Shown here: positions 61,139 through 64,000 of the stretch, piece by piece
Layout: every line of letters begins with the position of its first letter
Position numbering within the stretch: position 1 is the stretch's first letter
Assembly: GCA_013288815.1 (NCBI GenBank)
Contig: JABDBD010000004.1
Coordinates: forward strand, 18,404 to 82,403
Source: Gammaproteobacteria bacterium
GTDB taxonomy: Bacteria; Pseudomonadota; Gammaproteobacteria; DSM-16500
DNA: 64,000 nt
Direction: 5' to 3'
The notes under the pieces: generated by a model
Database searches by the model: none
What the model was told of the DNA's origin: nothing
What the model saw: the letters and a program-made list of their open reading frames with translations, nothing else
Translations under genes and position numbers: made by a program

Positions 61139-62034
61139 TTTTATCAAATGTCAAATTAGCCTTAGGAACCGTTCAATGGGGTATGCCATATGGCATCACA
61201 AATACGGATGGTCAGCCTGACTTGATTTCTGTTGAGAAAATAATGGATAGGGCGTTTACATCAGGAATTGACTTATTAGATACAGCAAGTGCCTATGGTA
61301 TCTCCGAGGAATTGCTTGGGCGATATGTAACTGAGGAGCGTTCCTTTAGAATTGTGACTAAAACAGTAGGTTTAGGTAATGAACGTATTGGGGATAAGGA
61401 GATAGAACGCTTAAAAAAAGGAATTGACCAGTCATTCATGCGGCTTCGAAGAAACAAAATTTATGGAATTTTAGTGCATGATGCTATGGAATTGTTACTC
61501 CCTGGCGGAGAGCGTGTTTTTTCAGAGCTTGAAGCGCTCAAACAAAGCAATTGTGTTGCTAAAATTGGAATTTCGGCTTATTCACCAGATGTTGTGTTGA
61601 AAGTTACGCAAAAATATCCTATTGATTTAGTTCAAGTACCGTTAAATTTATTAGATCAGCGAGTGGTAACATCCGGTATATTACAAAAGCTAAAAAATGA
61701 AGGTGTAGAAATACATGTGCGATCAGCTTTTCTTCAAGGTACTTTGCTTGCTGATATTAAAACGTTGCCTGCTAAATTTAATAGTATTCATAAACAATTT
61801 TCTTTAATCGAGGATGTGACTAAGCGTGCGGGCTTGTCAAAAATGGCGTTGGCATTAAGTTTTATTAAACGGATTCCCGAGGTCGATAGAATTCTAGTTG
61901 GTGTTCTAAACGAGCGACAGCTCGAAGAATGTCTGGCGGCAGTGAATTCAGATCAGATAGACGAAATTGATTTTAGGCAATTTGAATCTCATGATCTTTC
62001 GATTATTGATCCTAGTAGATGGAAGTTTGCATAA
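61135..62034 (+). CDS. aldo/keto reductase
   Basis: LGTVQWGMPYG, DTASAYG, TK, KIGISAY, HVRSAFLQG. Confidence 0.88.
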   Translation: MILSNVKLALGTVQWGMPYGITNTDGQPDLISVEKIMDRAFTSGIDLLDTASAYGISEELLGRYVTEERSFRIVTKTVGLGNERIGDKEIERLKKGIDQSFMRLRRNKIYGILVHDAMELLLPGGERVFSELEALKQSNCVAKIGISAYSPDVVLKVTQKYPIDLVQVPLNLLDQRVVTSGILQKLKNEGVEIHVRSAFLQGTLLADIKTLPAKFNSIHKQFSLIEDVTKRAGLSKMALALSFIKRIPEVDRILVGVLNERQLEECLAAVNSDQIDEIDFRQFESHDLSIIDPSRWKFA

Positions 62035-62810
62035 TGAATTTGTTCTCGATAAAAGATAAGGTTGCATTAGTAACAGGTGGTTATGGGCATTTAGGTAAAA
62101 GCATTACATCTGCATTAAGCAAGGCTGGGGCAATGGTAGTTGTCTTGGGTAAAAATAAAGATAAATTTGAAGCAGCTTTTGATGATAAAAATAATTTAAA
62201 TGTTTGTTTCCAAGAATGTGATATCTCCAGCACTGAAAGCATAGCAAGAGGCTATGAAGCTGTTCTTAAAAAGTATAATAGGTTAGATATTCTTGTTAAT
62301 AATGCGGTTTATCTTCAGGGTAGGGGTTCAGAACCGATAAGCGATACAGACTGGCAATATTCCATAGATGGATGTTTAACTTCTGTTTACAGATGTATTC
62401 GTGAAATTATTCCTTACTTCAAGACAAATGAAATAAGTAAAATCATTAATGTCTCATCTATGTATGGCATAGTTGCCCCGGATTTTAATATCTACTCCGG
62501 CTTTGAGCAGTATACGAATCATCCTGGTTATGGAGCAGCTAAAGCCGGTGTCATTCAGTTGACGAAGTATTTTGCCAGTTCTTTAAGGCAACATAATATT
62601 TTAGTGAATACTGTTTCACCAGGTGCTTTTCCAAGTGAAGAGGTTCAAAAAAGTAAGGGATTTATTGAAAATCTATCAAAAAAAAGTCTGCTCGGACGAA
62701 TAGGTAAACCAGAAGATCTTCAAGGGGTGTTTGTGTTTTTGAGTTCCAGTGCCTCTGATTTTATTACCGGGCAAAATATTGCTGTTGATGGTGGCTGGAC
62801 TGTTATTTGA
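62034..62810 (+). CDS. short-chain dehydrogenase/reductase
   Basis: TGGYGHLG, NNA, SSMYG, YGAAK, TGQNIAVDGG. Confidence 0.88.
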   Translation: MNLFSIKDKVALVTGGYGHLGKSITSALSKAGAMVVVLGKNKDKFEAAFDDKNNLNVCFQECDISSTESIARGYEAVLKKYNRLDILVNNAVYLQGRGSEPISDTDWQYSIDGCLTSVYRCIREIIPYFKTNEISKIINVSSMYGIVAPDFNIYSGFEQYTNHPGYGAAKAGVIQLTKYFASSLRQHNILVNTVSPGAFPSEEVQKSKGFIENLSKKSLLGRIGKPEDLQGVFVFLSSSASDFITGQNIAVDGGWTVI

Positions 62811-62871
62811 TTGTTGTTGTAATTTTTTGTGCGCATGCTCGCATTGTAAGTGTTAGTAATTTGAAGGTTAA

Positions 62872-63723
62872 ATGATGATAGGTGCAATAATTCAAGCAAG
62901 GATGGGATCGACCAGATTACCCGGTAAGGTCCTAAAATCTTTGCCATATGGATCTGAAAAATTACTCATCGATCAACTGATAGGGTCATTACTTTCTATA
63001 AATTTCATAGATAAATTAGTGCTTGCTACAACTGTAAATAGCAAAGATGACTTAATTTGTGAGCATATAATAAAAAAATATGGAGAGCACGTTATCTTGT
63101 TTCGTGGAAGTGAAGAGGATGTCCTTGAGCGCTACTATCTTGCCGCTAAAGAAAACAATCTTCATACTATTTTTCGATTTACAGCGGATAATCCCTGTGT
63201 GGATGCTAACGTTGTGCTTAATGCCTACCGTCAGTACGTTGCAAATAAAAAAGATTATTTGACAACGTTTGGGTATCCGCTGGGTCTTGATGTGGAAGTT
63301 TTTAGTTTTCATGCTCTAACAAAGGCATATGAAAAAGCGACATTGCAAACTGATAGAGAGAATGTTACTTCGTTTATTAGACACCATCCTGAGCTTTTTG
63401 ATATCGAAATGCTTCCAGCGAATGAATATAAAGATATTTCAGAGCTTCGTTTAACTGTAGATACTGATTTAGATTATATTCTAATGTGCTGTGTTTTTGA
63501 TTACTATAAGGATATGAAGGCGTCTATTGGTCTTTCAGAGATTTTAGCTTTATTTAAATTAAAGCCATGGTTGTTTAGCATGAACAAAAGTGTAGTGCAA
63601 AAAAGGTCGTACTATAATGTGGAAGATGAAACATTACATGCGATTTCATTGATTGAAAATTTAGAGATGCCAAATGTGTTGAAGAGACTGAAAGAAATGC
63701 TGAATTTTTCGTCCGCTATATGA
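62872..63723 (+). CDS. SpsF/PseF-like cytidylyltransferase
   Basis: IIQARMGSTRLPGKVL, RGSEEDVLERY, RFTADNP, RENVT, RLTVDT. Confidence 0.85.
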   Translation: MMIGAIIQARMGSTRLPGKVLKSLPYGSEKLLIDQLIGSLLSINFIDKLVLATTVNSKDDLICEHIIKKYGEHVILFRGSEEDVLERYYLAAKENNLHTIFRFTADNPCVDANVVLNAYRQYVANKKDYLTTFGYPLGLDVEVFSFHALTKAYEKATLQTDRENVTSFIRHHPELFDIEMLPANEYKDISELRLTVDTDLDYILMCCVFDYYKDMKASIGLSEILALFKLKPWLFSMNKSVVQKRSYYNVEDETLHAISLIENLEMPNVLKRLKEMLNFSSAI

Positions 63724-63759
63724 TACCTTATATTCATTTTTTCATTAGTATGTATTGAT

Positions 63760-64000
63760 ATGAAGATAGCAATTATCACAGATGGAAATAATGAACTAGG
63801 CTTAGGGCACGTATACCAATCCCTAACTTTGGCAAATGCTTTAAAAGAGCAATCAAGTAAATCGTTACGTATTAATTTCATGACCAAAAGCGATGAAGGG
63901 ATATGTCAATTTATCCATTCATCTGGTTATGATGTTGAACATTTTGATCATGACGAGCTGATTTTTGAAAAGCTACAGCTCGATCAGCCAGATCGGATAA
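63760..64000 (+). CDS. PseG/SpsG-like UDP-sugar hydrolase, 5' part (runs off the window)
   Basis: MKIAIITDGNNELGLGHVYQSLTLA, open to the window end; absent from the ORF track. Confidence 0.75.
   Translation, partial: MKIAIITDGNNELGLGHVYQSLTLANALKEQSSKSLRINFMTKSDEGICQFIHSSGYDVEHFDHDELIFEKLQLDQPDRI

Overview
AT-rich (roughly high-30s % GC by eye) bacterial DNA. The eukaryote-directed effector-like genes and palindromic repeats suggest a Legionellales/Coxiellaceae-like gammaproteobacterium (inference). Almost the whole window is a cell-surface polysaccharide supercluster. It holds a GDP-heptose set (gmhA, hddC, hddA), a complete SAM/methyl-cycle run (metK-ahcY-adenosine kinase-metH-metF), a sugar C-methyltransferase with a reductase, rfbFG, wzb-wza-wzc, wecBC-GT4-heparinase-oxidoreductase, a WbpL-like initiating transferase and the start of a pseudaminic-acid locus. 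Highlights: (1) A gtrB/gtrA-linked nine-enzyme block (13113-20796) matches, family for family, the lincomycin GDP-octose pathway (LmbR/N/P/K/O/M/L/Z) but has an SDR instead of the aminotransferase, so it is a candidate pathway for an eight-carbon surface sugar. (2) A Cj1427-like GDP-heptose 4-dehydrogenase lies next to lhgO, suggesting a 2-oxoglutarate/L-2-hydroxyglutarate redox shuttle. (3) Two ~180 bp hairpin insertion elements have unrelated stem sequences but identical mismatch geometry. (4) Three toxin-antitoxin loci have lost only the toxin/partner gene. (5) A candidate effector has an F-box-like motif and a terminal CaaX (CCIM). (6) A hipBA/ATPase/VUT islet is bracketed by IS200/IS605 remnants. 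All protein calls come from motif recognition and recall; no database search was run.
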